Source: Escherichia coli
GTDB taxonomy: Bacteria > Pseudomonadota > Gammaproteobacteria > Enterobacterales > Enterobacteriaceae
Length of the DNA stretch: 64,000 bases
Assembly (NCBI RefSeq): GCF_044324785.1
Contig: NZ_CP172127.1
Direction: 5' to 3' (one strand)
Positions 38,666 to 52,179 of this stretch are shown piece by piece (within the stretch, counting starts at the first letter, position 1; every line of letters begins with the position of its first letter). Made by a program: the position numbers and the translations under genes. The notes beneath the pieces were generated by a model that saw only the letters and a program-made list of their open reading frames with translations, did not search any database and had not been told where the DNA came from.

Positions 38666-39882
38666 CTTATTCCGTCGACAAAGTGCGGGCCGACTTTCCG
38701 GTGCTTTCGCGTGAGGTAAACGGTTTGCCGCTGGCTTATCTCGACAGCGCCGCCAGTGCACAGAAACCGAGCCAGGTGATTGACGCCGAGGCCGAGTTTT
38801 ATCGTCATGGCTACGCGGCGGTGCATCGCGGTATTCATACCTTAAGCGCCCAGGCGACCGAGAAAATGGAGAACGTGCGCAAGCGGGCATCGCTGTTTAT
38901 TAATGCCCGTTCGGCGGAAGAGCTGGTGTTCGTCCGCGGCACGACGGAAGGGATCAATCTGGTCGCCAATAGCTGGGGTAACAGCAATGTGCGGGCGGGC
39001 GATAACATCATCATCAGTCAGATGGAGCACCACGCTAACATTGTTCCCTGGCAGATGCTTTGCGCACGCGTTGGCGCAGAACTGCGTGTGATCCCGCTCA
39101 ACCCCGACGGTACGCTGCAACTGGAGATGCTACCTACGCTGTTTGATGAGAAAACTCGCCTGCTGGCAATTACTCATGTCTCCAACGTACTTGGCACAGA
39201 AAATCCACTGGCGGAAATGATCACGCTTGCGCACCAGCATGGCGCAAAAGTGCTGGTGGATGGCGCTCAGGCGGTGATGCATCATCCGGTGGATGTTCAG
39301 GCGCTGGATTGCGACTTTTACGTGTTCTCCGGGCATAAACTGTATGGCCCCACCGGAATTGGCATTCTTTATGTGAAAGAAGCCTTGTTGCAGGAGATGC
39401 CGCCGTGGGAAGGGGGCGGTTCTATGATCGCCACCGTCAGCCTGAGTGAAGGCACTACCTGGACCAAAGCACCATGGCGGTTTGAAGCCGGTACACCCAA
39501 TACCGGGGGCATCATTGGTCTTGGCGCGGCGCTGGAGTATGTTTCGGCGCTGGGGCTTAATAACATAGCCGAGTATGAACAGAATCTGATGCATTACGCG
39601 CTATCACAGCTGGAATCTGTACCGGATCTCACTCTCTATGGCCCGCAGAACAGGCTTGGCGTTATTGCTTTTAATCTCGGTAAACACCACGCCTATGATG
39701 TTGGCAGTTTTCTCGATAATTACGGCATTGCTGTGCGTACCGGACATCACTGCGCTATGCCATTAATGGCCTATTACAACGTCCCTGCGATGTGTCGGGC
39801 GTCGCTGGCCATGTATAACACCCATGAAGAAGTGGATCGTCTGGTGACCGGCCTGCAACGTATTCACCGTCTGCTGGGATAA
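38662..39882 (+). CDS. sufS: cysteine desulfurase SufS (PLP-dependent)
   Basis: 406-aa ORF with class V aminotransferase motifs ([12 protein letters not shown]) and active-site Cys region; ATGA overlap with sufD. Confidence 0.95.
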   Translation: MTYSVDKVRADFPVLSREVNGLPLAYLDSAASAQKPSQVIDAEAEFYRHGYAAVHRGIHTLSAQATEKMENVRKRASLFINARSAEELVFVRGTTEGINLVANSWGNSNVRAGDNIIISQMEHHANIVPWQMLCARVGAELRVIPLNPDGTLQLEMLPTLFDEKTRLLAITHVSNVLGTENPLAEMITLAHQHGAKVLVDGAQAVMHHPVDVQALDCDFYVFSGHKLYGPTGIGILYVKEALLQEMPPWEGGGSMIATVSLSEGTTWTKAPWRFEAGTPNTGGIIGLGAALEYVSALGLNNIAEYEQNLMHYALSQLESVPDLTLYGPQNRLGVIAFNLGKHHAYDVGSFLDNYGIAVRTGHHCAMPLMAYYNVPAMCRASLAMYNTHEEVDRLVTGLQRIHRLLG

Positions 39883-39894
39883 CAGGGAGGCACT

Positions 39895-40311
39895 ATGGCT
39901 TTATTGCCGGATAAAGAAAAATTGCTGCGTAATTTTTTACGCTGCGCCAACTGGGAAGAGAAATATCTCTACATTATTGAGCTGGGCCAGCGTCTGCCAG
40001 AATTACGCGACGAAGACAGAAGCCCACAAAATAGCATTCAGGGCTGCCAGAGTCAGGTGTGGATTGTCATGCGCCAGAATGCGCAGGGAATTATTGAATT
40101 GCAGGGTGACAGCGATGCGGCGATTGTGAAAGGGCTTATTGCGGTCGTCTTTATTCTCTACGATCAGATGACGCCGCAGGATATTGTCAATTTCGATGTG
40201 CGTCCGTGGTTTGAAAAAATGGCGCTCACCCAACATCTCACCCCATCTCGTTCACAAGGTCTGGAAGCGATGATTCGCGCAATTCGCGCCAAAGCCGCTG
40301 CACTTAGCTAA
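39895..40311 (+). CDS. sufE: sulfur acceptor SufE
   Basis: 138-aa ORF with conserved Cys in IQGCQSQVW. Confidence 0.95.
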
Positions 40312-40459
40312 ACTAAAGGGACAGCTTTCATCCGGTTGGCTCACATTGCCGGATGGTCAATGTTTACACTGACCTGCACAGGAGTGTTTTGGTTTCAGGT
40401 GAACATAAGCGCCATCCGACGTTTCAGCGTGAGTCTCCGGCAAATACAGGAGGTTTACA

Positions 40460-41464
40460 ATGAAACGCGCGTCTTTGCTTACACTCACGCTTATCGGCGC
40501 TTTTAGCGCCATCCACGCTGCCTGGGCGGTTGATTATCCGCTACCTCCAACCGGAAGCCGACTGGTTGGGCAAAATCAAACGTATACGGTGCAAGAAGGG
40601 GATAAAAACCTTCAGGCCATCGCCCGACGTTTTGATACTGCGGCAATGTTGATCCTTGAAGCCAATAACACTATCGCCCCGGTGCCAAAACCTGGTACGA
40701 CGATAACTATTCCTTCGCAACTGTTATTACCTGATGCGCCGCGTCAGGGGATTATCGTTAACCTGGCAGAGCTGCGCCTTTATTATTATCCGCCGGGAGA
40801 AAATATCGTGCAGGTCTATCCGATAGGTATTGGTTTGCAGGGGCTGGAAACGCCAGTGATGGAAACGCGTGTGGGGCAGAAAATCCCTAACCCAACCTGG
40901 ACGCCTACGGCGGGCATTCGTCAGCGTTCGTTGGAGCGTGGCATTAAATTACCGCCAGTCGTTCCTGCCGGGCCAAATAACCCACTAGGACGTTACGCAC
41001 TGCGCCTCGCGCATGGTAATGGCGAATACCTCATTCATGGCACCAGTGCGCCGGACAGCGTCGGTTTGCGCGTCAGTTCGGGCTGTATTCGCATGAATGC
41101 ACCGGATATTAAAGCTTTATTCTCCAGCGTGCGGACGGGAACGCCGGTGAAAGTGATCAACGAACCGGTGAAATATTCCGTGGAACCGAACGGGATGCGT
41201 TATGTTGAAGTACATCGACCACTATCGGCAGAAGAACAGCAGAACGTTCAGACAATGCCATACACACTGCCAGCAGGCTTTACGCAATTTAAAGACAATA
41301 AGGGCGTAGATCAGAAATTAGTCGATAAAGCGTTGTATCGTCGGGCAGGGTATCCGGTTGCGGTGAGCAGTGGAGCAACTCCTGCAGCCAGCAATGCGCC
41401 TTCAGTAGAGTCAGCGCAGAATGGTGAACCAGAGCAAGGGAATATGTTACGCGCGACGCAGTAG
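40460..41464 (+). CDS. ldtE: L,D-transpeptidase (YkuD domain), lipoprotein-PG linking
   Basis: 334-aa ORF with signal peptide, LysM-like region and catalytic HGTS...SSGCIRM motif. Confidence 0.9.
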   Translation: MKRASLLTLTLIGAFSAIHAAWAVDYPLPPTGSRLVGQNQTYTVQEGDKNLQAIARRFDTAAMLILEANNTIAPVPKPGTTITIPSQLLLPDAPRQGIIVNLAELRLYYYPPGENIVQVYPIGIGLQGLETPVMETRVGQKIPNPTWTPTAGIRQRSLERGIKLPPVVPAGPNNPLGRYALRLAHGNGEYLIHGTSAPDSVGLRVSSGCIRMNAPDIKALFSSVRTGTPVKVINEPVKYSVEPNGMRYVEVHRPLSAEEQQNVQTMPYTLPAGFTQFKDNKGVDQKLVDKALYRRAGYPVAVSSGATPAASNAPSVESAQNGEPEQGNMLRATQ

Positions 41465-41479
41465 CGGTAAATGGCAGGC

Positions 41480-41510
41480 AAAAAAATGGCGCACAATGTG
41501 CGCCATTTTT
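41480..41510. terminator. bidirectional intrinsic terminator shared by ldtE(+) and lpp(-): ATGGCGCAC-aat-GTGCGCCAT flanked by A and T runs
   Basis: perfect 9-bp stem with A6 upstream and T5 downstream, seen in sequence. Confidence 0.8.
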
Positions 41511-41526
41511 CACTTCACAGGTACTA

Positions 41527-41775
<249 letters not shown>

Positions 41776-42016
41776 CTAGATTGAGTTAATCTCCATGTAG
41801 CGTTACAAGTATTACACAAAGTTTTTTATGTTGAGAATATTTTTTTGATGGGAAGGCACTTATTTTTGATCGTTCGCTCAAAGAAGCATCGAACGCTGGG
41901 TTTTAGATAAAAAAATTGAGAGAAAACAGGATGCTTCCATCGGATTCATCTTAGATAAAGTGAGATTATATAGTGAAATCCGATTTGATTTTTTATTGCT
42001 TCTGGTTATCGATTAA

Positions 42017-42042
42017 ATAAAAAAAGCGCCCATCAGGGCGCT
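42017..42042 (-). terminator. pykF intrinsic terminator (GCGCCC-tgat-GGGCGC then T-run on the minus strand)
   Basis: GC stem followed by T9 on the coding strand about 30 bp after the pykF stop. Confidence 0.75.
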
Positions 42043-42073
42043 TCGATATACAAATTAATTCACAAAAGCAATA

Positions 42074-43486
42074 TTACAGGACGTGAACAGATGCGGTGTT
42101 AGTAGTGCCGCTCGGTACCAGTGCACCAGAAACCATAACTACGACGTCACCTTTGTGTGCCAGACCGCTCTGCAGAGCCAGTTCTTTACCCAGACGGTAG
42201 AAATCATCAGTAGAAGTGATCTCTTTAACCAGTTGCGGTACAACGCCTTTGCTCAGTACCAACTGATGAGCCGTTTTTTCGTTGGTGGTCAGTGCCAGGA
42301 TGGTGGCATCCGGGAAGTATTTACGTACTGCGCGAGCAGATTTACCGCCCTGGGTAGCAACCACGATCAGCGGAGCATCCAGTTTTTCAGCAGTTTCTAC
42401 GGCACCACGGCATACCGCTTCGGTAATGCGCAGTTTACGGTTGTCATTGTTGAACTCGAGACGGCTGTTCATCACGCGGTCGGTACGTTCGCAGATGGTC
42501 GCCATGATAGAAACCGCTTCCAGCGGGTATTTACCTTTTGCGGATTCACCAGACAGCATCACTGCGTCAGTACCGTCGAGGATGGCGTTTGCAACGTCAC
42601 CGGCTTCTGCGCGAGTCGGGCGTGGGTTTTTGATCATGGAATCCAGCATCTGGGTCGCAGTGATAACGACTTTACGTGCACGGATACATTTTTCGATCAT
42701 CATCTTCTGGGCGAAGATAACTTCTTCTACCGGGATTTCTACACCCAGGTCGCCACGCGCAACCATGATGCCGTCAGAGGCTTCGAGGATTTCGTCGAAG
42801 TTGTTGAGGCCTTCCTGGTTTTCGATTTTGGAGATGATGTGGATGTTTTCGCCGCCGTGCGCTTTCAGGTGCTCACGGATTTCGATAACGTCAGAACGCT
42901 TACGAATAAAGGAAGCAGCAACAAAGTCTACGCCTTGTTCGCAACCAAAGATCAGGTCCTGTTTGTCTTTTTCAGCCAGTGCTGGCAGGGCAATGGAAAC
43001 GCCAGGCAGGTTCACACCTTTGTTTTCACCCAGGTCGCCGTTGTTCAGCACTTTACAGATAACTTTGTTACCTTCAATGGCAGTAACTTCCATACCGATC
43101 AGACCATCGTCAACCAGTACAGTGTTGCCAACAGACAGGTCAGTTGTGAAACCTTCATACGTTACCGCAACCATTTCGCTGTTGCCGATAACAGATTTAT
43201 CAGTGGTGAAAGTAAAGGTCTGACCAGCTTTCAGAGAAACGTCGTTACCGCCTTCCAGTTTCATGGTGCGGATTTCCGGACCTTTGGTATCAAGCAGGAT
43301 AGCGGCGGTTTTACCAGTTTTGCTCATCACGTTGCGCAGATTCTGAATGCGCTGACCGTGTTCTGCATAGTCACCATGAGAGAAGTTCAGACGCATAACG
43401 TTCATGCCAGCGTCCAGCATTTTAGCTAACATCTCTTCAGATTCGGTTTTCGGTCCGATGGTGCAAACAATTTTGGTCTTTTTCAT
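42074..43486 (-). CDS. pykF: pyruvate kinase I
   Basis: ORF track 42074..43702; internal ATG gives the 470-aa [24 protein letters not shown] protein. Confidence 0.95.
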
Positions 43487-44042
43487 GACAGTCTTAGTCT
43501 TTAAGTTGAGAAGGATGGGAGAAACTTGCTTTCTGGGCGCACTGCCGGAAAGCGAATCCGGTATTACGAAAGTGGTGGTGCCTCGCTCTAAGGATAGGTG
43601 ACATCGAAAAAGCGTGCAGAGGAATGTGTGCTTGTGTCTCAGCCCAACGTGAGTGCCTGTTTTTGAGTCGTTGAGTTCTACAGTCCAAAGTGCTGAAACC
43701 ATTCAAGAGTCAATTGGCGCGCATTATACGCTGAAATTAATCCAAAAGGAAAACAAAAACAGCGTTTCAAAAAACATACAACTTGTTAGACAATAAATTG
43801 TTATCAAAGATTTAACGTTCCAGGGAAAAGGTTACGCAAAAACTTCGCTGTTTGCGCAACGTCTGGTGCCGGGGTTGTCACTGTGAAGATAAGTGAAAGT
43901 TCATCCGGTGTATAAATACATCATCGCTCAATTGCTACAGTTAAAATAATTTATCGCGTTATTTGTCTGATTTTGTTTGATTTTTGTCTAATTGGTTAGA
44001 TTGATATATGCTGATAGTTGGCATGATAAATAGGTATAAAGA

Positions 44043-44252
44043 ATGGGAAATCGGACAAAAGAGGATGAACTGTACCGAGAAATGTGCAGAGTTGTCGGTA
44101 AAGTTGTGCTGGAAATGCGCGATCTGGGGCAGGAACCAAAGCATATTGTTATCGCAGGTGTATTACGTACAGCATTAGCCAATAAACGCATTCAGCGCAG
44201 TGAGCTGGAAAAGCAGGCGATGGAAACCGTCATTAACGCACTGGTAAAATGA
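44043..44252 (+). CDS. fumD: small fumarase-like protein (YdhZ/FumD)
   Basis: 69-aa ORF matching YdhZ. Confidence 0.75.
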   Translation: MGNRTKEDELYREMCRVVGKVVLEMRDLGQEPKHIVIAGVLRTALANKRIQRSELEKQAMETVINALVK

Positions 44253-44256
44253 CCAT

Positions 44257-44290
44257 TCAGGATGAGGCGATAAGCTTCATCCTGATATTC
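44257..44290 (+). terminator. hairpin after fumD (CAGGATGA-loop-TCATCCTG)
   Basis: 8-bp inverted repeat right after the stop, followed by ATATTCTTGCTT; moderately T-rich. Confidence 0.5.
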
Positions 44291-44492
44291 TTGCTTCAGT
44301 TGCGGTCCAGTTAATCATTCTAAATAACAACTGCTGAAATTATACGAATTTCGATATGTGTTTTAATTTATAACGATAATATTATTTTTATTTTCTGCTA
44401 TGAATGTCACAAATAATTGTCGCTTAAGTTAAATTTATTTCAAATGATAATAAATATCAGTTCACTTATAATTTCTTGCTTTGTAATTTTAA

Positions 44493-44506
44493 TTGATAAC
44501 GATCAA
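44493..44506 (+). promoter_or_regulatory. FNR-box upstream of ydhY (TTGATAACGATCAA)
   Basis: perfect TTGAT-N4-ATCAA consensus about 200 bp upstream of the ydhY ATG; the ydhYVWXUT operon is reported to be FNR-activated. Confidence 0.7.
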
Positions 44507-44707
44507 TGTTAAGGGCTCAGAATAATCACATTATTTTTTCTCCTAACCATAAAGGATTAGTTTATCGGCGTTAAATCTTTTCTCATACACTATCGGGTTA
44601 GGGAAAATATCTGGTGTTGGGGACAGAGTCAGCAGCGTATTAGTTGAATGCTTAATATCAGGCTGCTGAATTGTCAGCACTGTGTTTGCGAAGAGGATGC
44701 GAAATAA

Positions 44708-47457
<2,750 letters not shown>

Positions 47458-47460
47458 GGA

Positions 47461-48108
47461 ATGGGTGAGATGAACCATCAGGATGAATTGTCGTTAGCGG
47501 AAGTCAGCGAAATTGACGAGGCGAAGCGGCAATGGTTGCAGGGGATGCGTCACCCCGTTGATACGGTAACCGAACCAGAACCGGCTGAAATCCTGGCAGA
47601 GTTCATTCGCCAGCATTCTGCGGCTGGGCAGCTGGTGGCGCGCGCCGTGTTTCTCTCGCCACCCTATTCGGTTGCAGAAGAGGAACTGTCAGTTTTGCTG
47701 GAAAACATTAAGCAGAACGGAGACTACGCGGATATCGCGTGTATGACGGGAAGCCAGGATGATTACTATTACTCAACGCAGGCCATGAGTGAAAACTACG
47801 CGGCGATGTCTTTGCAAGTTGTGGAGCAGGACATTTGTCGCGCTATTGCACACGCCGTTCGTTTTGAGTGCCAGACGTATCCTCGTCCTTACAAAGTCGC
47901 CATGCTGATGCAAGCGCCATATTACTTCCAGGAAGCGCAGATTGAAGCCGCGATCGCCGCGATGGATGTTGCACCTGAATATGCCGATATACGGCAGGTG
48001 GAGTCATCGACGGCGGTGTTGTACTTGTTTAGCGAGCGATTTATGACCTATGGCAAGGCGTATGGCTTATGCGAATGGTTCGAGGTAGAGCAGTTTCAGA
48101 ACCCCTGA
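47461..48108 (+). CDS. ydhW: protein of unknown function, operon partner of ydhV
   Basis: 215-aa ORF, tightly linked (3-bp gap) to ydhV. Confidence 0.8.
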   Translation: MGEMNHQDELSLAEVSEIDEAKRQWLQGMRHPVDTVTEPEPAEILAEFIRQHSAAGQLVARAVFLSPPYSVAEEELSVLLENIKQNGDYADIACMTGSQDDYYYSTQAMSENYAAMSLQVVEQDICRAIAHAVRFECQTYPRPYKVAMLMQAPYYFQEAQIEAAIAAMDVAPEYADIRQVESSTAVLYLFSERFMTYGKAYGLCEWFEVEQFQNP

Positions 48109-48171
48109 AATTTCAGGGAGATGTCATGGATAGGGTGGACAGTAGCAGCCACTGCATTAGGGGATAATCAG

Positions 48172-48840
48172 ATGTCCTTCACTCGACGCAAATTTGTTCT
48201 GGGGATGGGAACAGTAATCTTTTTTACTGGTTCTGCGTCTTCTCTGTTAGCGAACACGAGGCAAGAAAAGGAAGTTCGGTATGCCATGATTCATGACGAG
48301 TCACGGTGCAATGGCTGTAATATTTGCGCCCGCGCATGCCGTAAAACTAACCACGTCCCCGCTCAGGGAAGCCGTTTATCGATAGCACACATTCCAGTCA
48401 CCGATAACGACAACGAAACGCAGTATCACTATTTTCGGCAGTCATGCCAGCACTGTGAAGATGCTCCTTGCATCGACGTATGCCCGACAGGGGCGTCGTG
48501 GCGTGATGAGCAGGGGATCGTGCGGGTAGAAAAATCGCAGTGCATCGGCTGCAGTTATTGCATTGGCGCTTGCCCGTACCAGGTTCGCTACCTTAACCCT
48601 GTCACTAAAGTGGCAGATAAATGTGATTTCTGCGCTGAGTCCCGACTGGCAAAAGGCTTTCCGCCCATTTGCGTCAGCGCCTGCCCGGAACACGCCTTGA
48701 TCTTTGGTCGCGAAGATAGCCCAGAAATTCAGGCGTGGTTGCAGGAAAATAACTACTATCAATATCAGCTACCTGGTGCCGGGAAACCGCATCTGTATCG
48801 CCGATTCGGTCAACATTTGATTAAAAAGGAAAATGTATGA
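48172..48840 (+). CDS. ydhX: Tat-exported 4Fe-4S ferredoxin-type subunit
   Basis: ORF track 48121..48840; internal ATG gives MSFTRRKFVLGMG with a twin-arginine motif; four Cys clusters. Confidence 0.85.
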   Translation: MSFTRRKFVLGMGTVIFFTGSASSLLANTRQEKEVRYAMIHDESRCNGCNICARACRKTNHVPAQGSRLSIAHIPVTDNDNETQYHYFRQSCQHCEDAPCIDVCPTGASWRDEQGIVRVEKSQCIGCSYCIGACPYQVRYLNPVTKVADKCDFCAESRLAKGFPPICVSACPEHALIFGREDSPEIQAWLQENNYYQYQLPGAGKPHLYRRFGQHLIKKENV

Positions 48841-49622
48841 ACCCGTCGCAACATGCTGAACAGTTTCAGAGCCAGTTGGCGAACTATGTGCCACAGTTCA
48901 CTCCCGAATTTTGGCCGGTGTGGTTGATCATTGCCGGACTATTGCTGGTTGGGATGTGGTTGGTGCTGGGGCTGCATGCCTTGCTTCGTGCGCGTGGCGT
49001 GAAGAAATCAGCCACCGATCATGGTGAGAAGATTTATCTTTACAGCAAAGCGGTCAGATTATGGCACTGGTCGAATGCGTTACTCTTTGTATTGTTGCTG
49101 GCAAGTGGGCTGATAAATCACTTTGCGCTGGTGGGCGCAACTGCGGTTAAAAGTCTGGTTGCGGTGCATGAAGTTTGCGGATTTTTGTTACTGGCATGCT
49201 GGCTCGGCTTTGTTCTGATCAATGCCGTTGGGGGTAATGGTCACCACTATCGCATTCGTCGTCAGGGTTGGCTGGAGCGAGCGGCAAAACAAACGCGATT
49301 TTATTTGTTTGGCATTATGCAGGGGGAAGAACATCCTTTCCCGGCAACAACCCAGTCTAAATTTAATCCCTTACAGCAGGTTGCCTATATTGGTGTCATG
49401 TATGGATTGCTGCCGTTGTTACTATTGACGGGGCTGCTGTGTCTCTATCCGCAAGCCGTGGGAGATGTGTTTCCTGGCGTAAGATACTGGTTATTGCAGG
49501 CGCATTTTGCTCTGGCATTTATAAGCCTCTTTTTTATCTTCGGTCATCTTTATCTTTGCACCACGGGGCGTACGCCACACGAAACCTTTAAAAGCATGGT
49601 CGATGGCTATCACCGGCACTAA
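48837..49622 (+). CDS. ydhU: membrane cytochrome b-type subunit (PhsC/NrfD-like)
   Basis: 261-aa hydrophobic ORF with conserved His in TM helices; ATGA overlap with ydhX. Confidence 0.85.
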   Translation: MNPSQHAEQFQSQLANYVPQFTPEFWPVWLIIAGLLLVGMWLVLGLHALLRARGVKKSATDHGEKIYLYSKAVRLWHWSNALLFVLLLASGLINHFALVGATAVKSLVAVHEVCGFLLLACWLGFVLINAVGGNGHHYRIRRQGWLERAAKQTRFYLFGIMQGEEHPFPATTQSKFNPLQQVAYIGVMYGLLPLLLLTGLLCLYPQAVGDVFPGVRYWLLQAHFALAFISLFFIFGHLYLCTTGRTPHETFKSMVDGYHRH

Positions 49623-49625
49623 CGA

Positions 49626-50438
49626 ATGATCATTACACGAGCAGACCTGCGAGAATGGCGTATCGGAGCGGTGATGTATCGCTGGTTCCTGCGCCATTTC
49701 CCACGCGGCGGTAGTTATGCCGATATTCATCATGCACTGATTGAGGAAGGATATACGGACTGGGCGGAGAGTCTGGTTGAGTATGCGTGGAAAAAATGGC
49801 TGGCGGATGAAAACTTCGCGCATCAGGAAGTTTCCTCTATGCAAAAACTGGCCACAGACCCCGGAGAGATACCATTTTGCAGTCAGTTTGCCCGCAGCGA
49901 CGATCATGCTCGCATCGGCTGTTGTGAGGATAACGCCCGAATCGCAACCGCTGGGTATGCCGCGCAAATTGCCAGTATGGGTTATAGCGTGCGGATTGGA
50001 AGTGTCGGCTTTAACAGTCACATTGGCAGCTCCGGTGAACGCGCACGGGTTGCTGTAACCGGTAATTCTTCGCGGATAAGCAGCGCTGGAAATAGTAGTC
50101 GGATTGCGAATACCGGAATGCGAGTACGCGTTTGTACATTGGGTGAACGGTGTCATGTCGCCAGTAATGGTGACCTGGTGCAAATCGCCAGCTTTGGCGC
50201 AAACGCCAGAATTGCCAACAGCGGCGACAATGTACACATCATTGCCAGCGGTGAAAATTCAACGGTAGTGAGCACGGGCGTGGTCGACTCAATTATTCTC
50301 GGGCCAGGGGGAAGCGCCGCACTGGCATATCATGACGGCGAAAGAGTTCGCTTCGCCGTCGCCATTGAAGGTGAAAACAATATTCGAGCCGGAGTCCGCT
50401 ATTGCCTTAATGAACAGCATCAGTTTGTTGAGTGCTGA
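49626..50438 (+). CDS. ydhT: repeat-containing protein of unknown function
   Basis: 270-aa ORF; last gene of the ydhY-T cluster; contains about 14 tandem 9-residue repeats. Confidence 0.85.
   Translation: MIITRADLREWRIGAVMYRWFLRHFPRGGSYADIHHALIEEGYTDWAESLVEYAWKKWLADENFAHQEVSSMQKLATDPGEIPFCSQFARSDDHARIGCCEDNARIATAGYAAQIASMGYSVRIGSVGFNSHIGSSGERARVAVTGNSSRISSAGNSSRIANTGMRVRVCTLGERCHVASNGDLVQIASFGANARIANSGDNVHIIASGENSTVVSTGVVDSIILGPGGSAALAYHDGERVRFAVAIEGENNIRAGVRYCLNEQHQFVEC
49908..50285 (+). repeat. tandem 27-bp (9-codon) coding repeats within ydhT, consensus x-[RH]-[IV]-x-x-x-G-x-x
   Basis: translation shows ARIGCCEDN/ARIATAGYA/AQIASMGYS/VRIGSVGFN/SHIGSSGER/ARVAVTGNS/SRISSAGNS/SRIANTGMR/VRVCTLGER/CHVASNGDL/VQIASFGAN/ARIANSGDN/VHIIASGEN/STVVSTGVV. 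Confidence 0.8.
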
Positions 50439-50443
50439 TAGCT

Positions 50444-52054
50444 TTACATTTGATTAAATGAAAGACGCCGACGAGCACGGGATGCAGGCTTTACGACCGC
50501 CTGAGCCATCGCCTCACCAATTTCTGCACATGCCGTAAGTCCCTGTACGAATGGCTGGTCGTGCATCAACCAGGGCAACGCGCCGAACGCTACGCGCCCA
50601 CGAATTTCTTCGGGTTGCTGTAGCGTATAATCTTCGCCAACATCAGGGATTTCATCCCCTGTTTTCTGTAATTGTTCGCGTAGTCCAGGGAAAGGAATAT
50701 CTTTCACTTTAAGCGGACGCTGCCCGCGGGCATCAATAAAAACGTCAAACGAGTAGCTATTGTCTTCCGTTTTCAGGACGGTGCGCGACTCATTAATTTC
50801 CATTTCGTAGTCTTCACCGAGGGCGAGAATATGAATGATTCCCGCTTCACGTAAGGCCAGTAGTCGACGAATAGACTCTGAAGGGATTGCCGCATAATTA
50901 TCGATGAAAACCCGGGCAAGGCCTTTACTGAACCGTTTATGGTCGTGTTCATTCAGATGAGGAACAATTTCCTGTACGGCTTCATGCAGGCGCAGAATGA
51001 CATAACGCCAGGGAACAGTATGTTTTTCTCGTTTATTGCGTTCGACTTCCTGGAGATTTTTTTCTGCCCAGTCGAATGGGTCGCGTTGTTTGCGCTCGGC
51101 AAACCAGGCTTGAGCAAAGGAATCGACATTCAGGCTTTCTAAGGCTATGCGTTGGCTCCAGTCTGGATCAGCAAATTTGATTTCCTCTACTATCAATCTA
51201 AATACCCGATCCAAAAGGCCCTCTTCGCCTTTTTGAATCTCAGCATTTAATGCTTGATCAGTGACGATGTGTAAGGGCTCGTAGGGAATAGGGCAATAGA
51301 AATCGGCTTCGGGTAAAATACCTGTGCGCGACATTAACGTAATATTTAGCTTTTCACTTGCGTTATCGCGGTGAAAAATGATGTGTTGTTTATCATCTTC
51401 AATGAACGAACCATGCTGAATAGCCACTGCCATTGCCGCATCCAGTCCGCTCAAGGATGTTCCCATAATACCCACATTACACGCATCGACCTTTGCTTCC
51501 ATCAGGCCTGACCACGGGCTGGGAAAGTACGTTCTGGTTGCTTCTTCTTCATCAGGCCAGACGTGACCCGTCGCGATCACTGCTAAATCAAACGTCTCGC
51601 TGGGTAAATCCTGATTTGTAGCGAGCATGACGCCAGCATTTGTAGTTTGCAGATCGGTAACCTGGCATGATTCATAAACAGCCACCGCAAATTTTTGCTG
51701 TCGTGCCTGGTCTACTAATCGTAAAAATTGATCGCGGAAATATTCGCCCAGCAGAATTCGCGGTAAAAACTGGCGATCGTGCAAGGTTTCTTTTTTAACG
51801 CCATAACGCTGGAGATGGCTGGCTTCTTGCTTTTGTAGCCATTCGAGATACGTACAATAAATCGGCGGTATTTCAATACTGGCAATATTTGCCAGCATCA
51901 GTTTTGAGTTTTCCTCATCACTGTATGGCATCCCGACACCGGCTTCATCAGCCTGCTCGAAGATAGAAATAGAAAGTGGAGTTTGTTGCTGTAGAAGCGA
52001 GAATAAGGTGTAGATCCCCGTAGGCCCGGCACCCACAATAGCAATTTTTTTCAT
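50444..52054 (-). CDS. ydhS: FAD/NAD(P)-binding protein of unknown function
   Basis: 536-aa ORF with N-terminal GxGxxG (IVGAGPTG); convergent with ydhT with a 5-bp gap. Confidence 0.85.
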   Translation of the reverse strand: MKKIAIVGAGPTGIYTLFSLLQQQTPLSISIFEQADEAGVGMPYSDEENSKLMLANIASIEIPPIYCTYLEWLQKQEASHLQRYGVKKETLHDRQFLPRILLGEYFRDQFLRLVDQARQQKFAVAVYESCQVTDLQTTNAGVMLATNQDLPSETFDLAVIATGHVWPDEEEATRTYFPSPWSGLMEAKVDACNVGIMGTSLSGLDAAMAVAIQHGSFIEDDKQHIIFHRDNASEKLNITLMSRTGILPEADFYCPIPYEPLHIVTDQALNAEIQKGEEGLLDRVFRLIVEEIKFADPDWSQRIALESLNVDSFAQAWFAERKQRDPFDWAEKNLQEVERNKREKHTVPWRYVILRLHEAVQEIVPHLNEHDHKRFSKGLARVFIDNYAAIPSESIRRLLALREAGIIHILALGEDYEMEINESRTVLKTEDNSYSFDVFIDARGQRPLKVKDIPFPGLREQLQKTGDEIPDVGEDYTLQQPEEIRGRVAFGALPWLMHDQPFVQGLTACAEIGEAMAQAVVKPASRARRRLSFNQM

Positions 52055-52145
52055 TGTTACTTACCTGTACGCATTCTTTCGAATTTAGTGTTATCAGATA
52101 AGTTTGGCTGAAATTTTTAGAATTTGAGAAATATCAGACAGGGAT

Positions 52146-52170
52146 GAAAAGGGCGCTAACCGCCCTTGGT
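52146..52170 (-). terminator. ydhR intrinsic terminator (GGGCG-gttag-CGCCC then TTTTCAT on the minus strand)
   Basis: hairpin plus T-run immediately after the ydhR stop. Confidence 0.6.
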
Positions 52171-52179
52171 TAAAATCTG

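Noticed and set aside
38150-38890. 246-aa antisense ORF spanning the sufD/sufS junction
   Set aside because: Shadow ORF; the suf genes on the plus strand are contiguous and translationally coupled.
42083-43429. 448-aa and 313-aa plus-strand ORFs overlapping pykF
   Set aside because: Antisense to pykF over their full length; translations are low-complexity. pykF on the minus strand matches the known protein exactly.
43487-43702. N-terminal 72-codon extension of the pykF ORF (similar extensions for ydiQ, ydiO, fadK, sufB, ydhV, ydhX, ydiH, ydiL, ydiE)
   Set aside because: The extensions arise only because the ORF finder runs to the first upstream stop; internal ATGs reproduce the known N-termini and have appropriate spacing to upstream genes or Shine-Dalgarno-like sequences.
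49908-50285. Possibility that the 27-bp periodic region is a CRISPR array or other non-coding repeat
   Set aside because: The repeats are degenerate at the DNA level, in frame within a continuous ORF, with no spacer/repeat alternation or nearby cas genes; it is a protein-coding tandem repeat.
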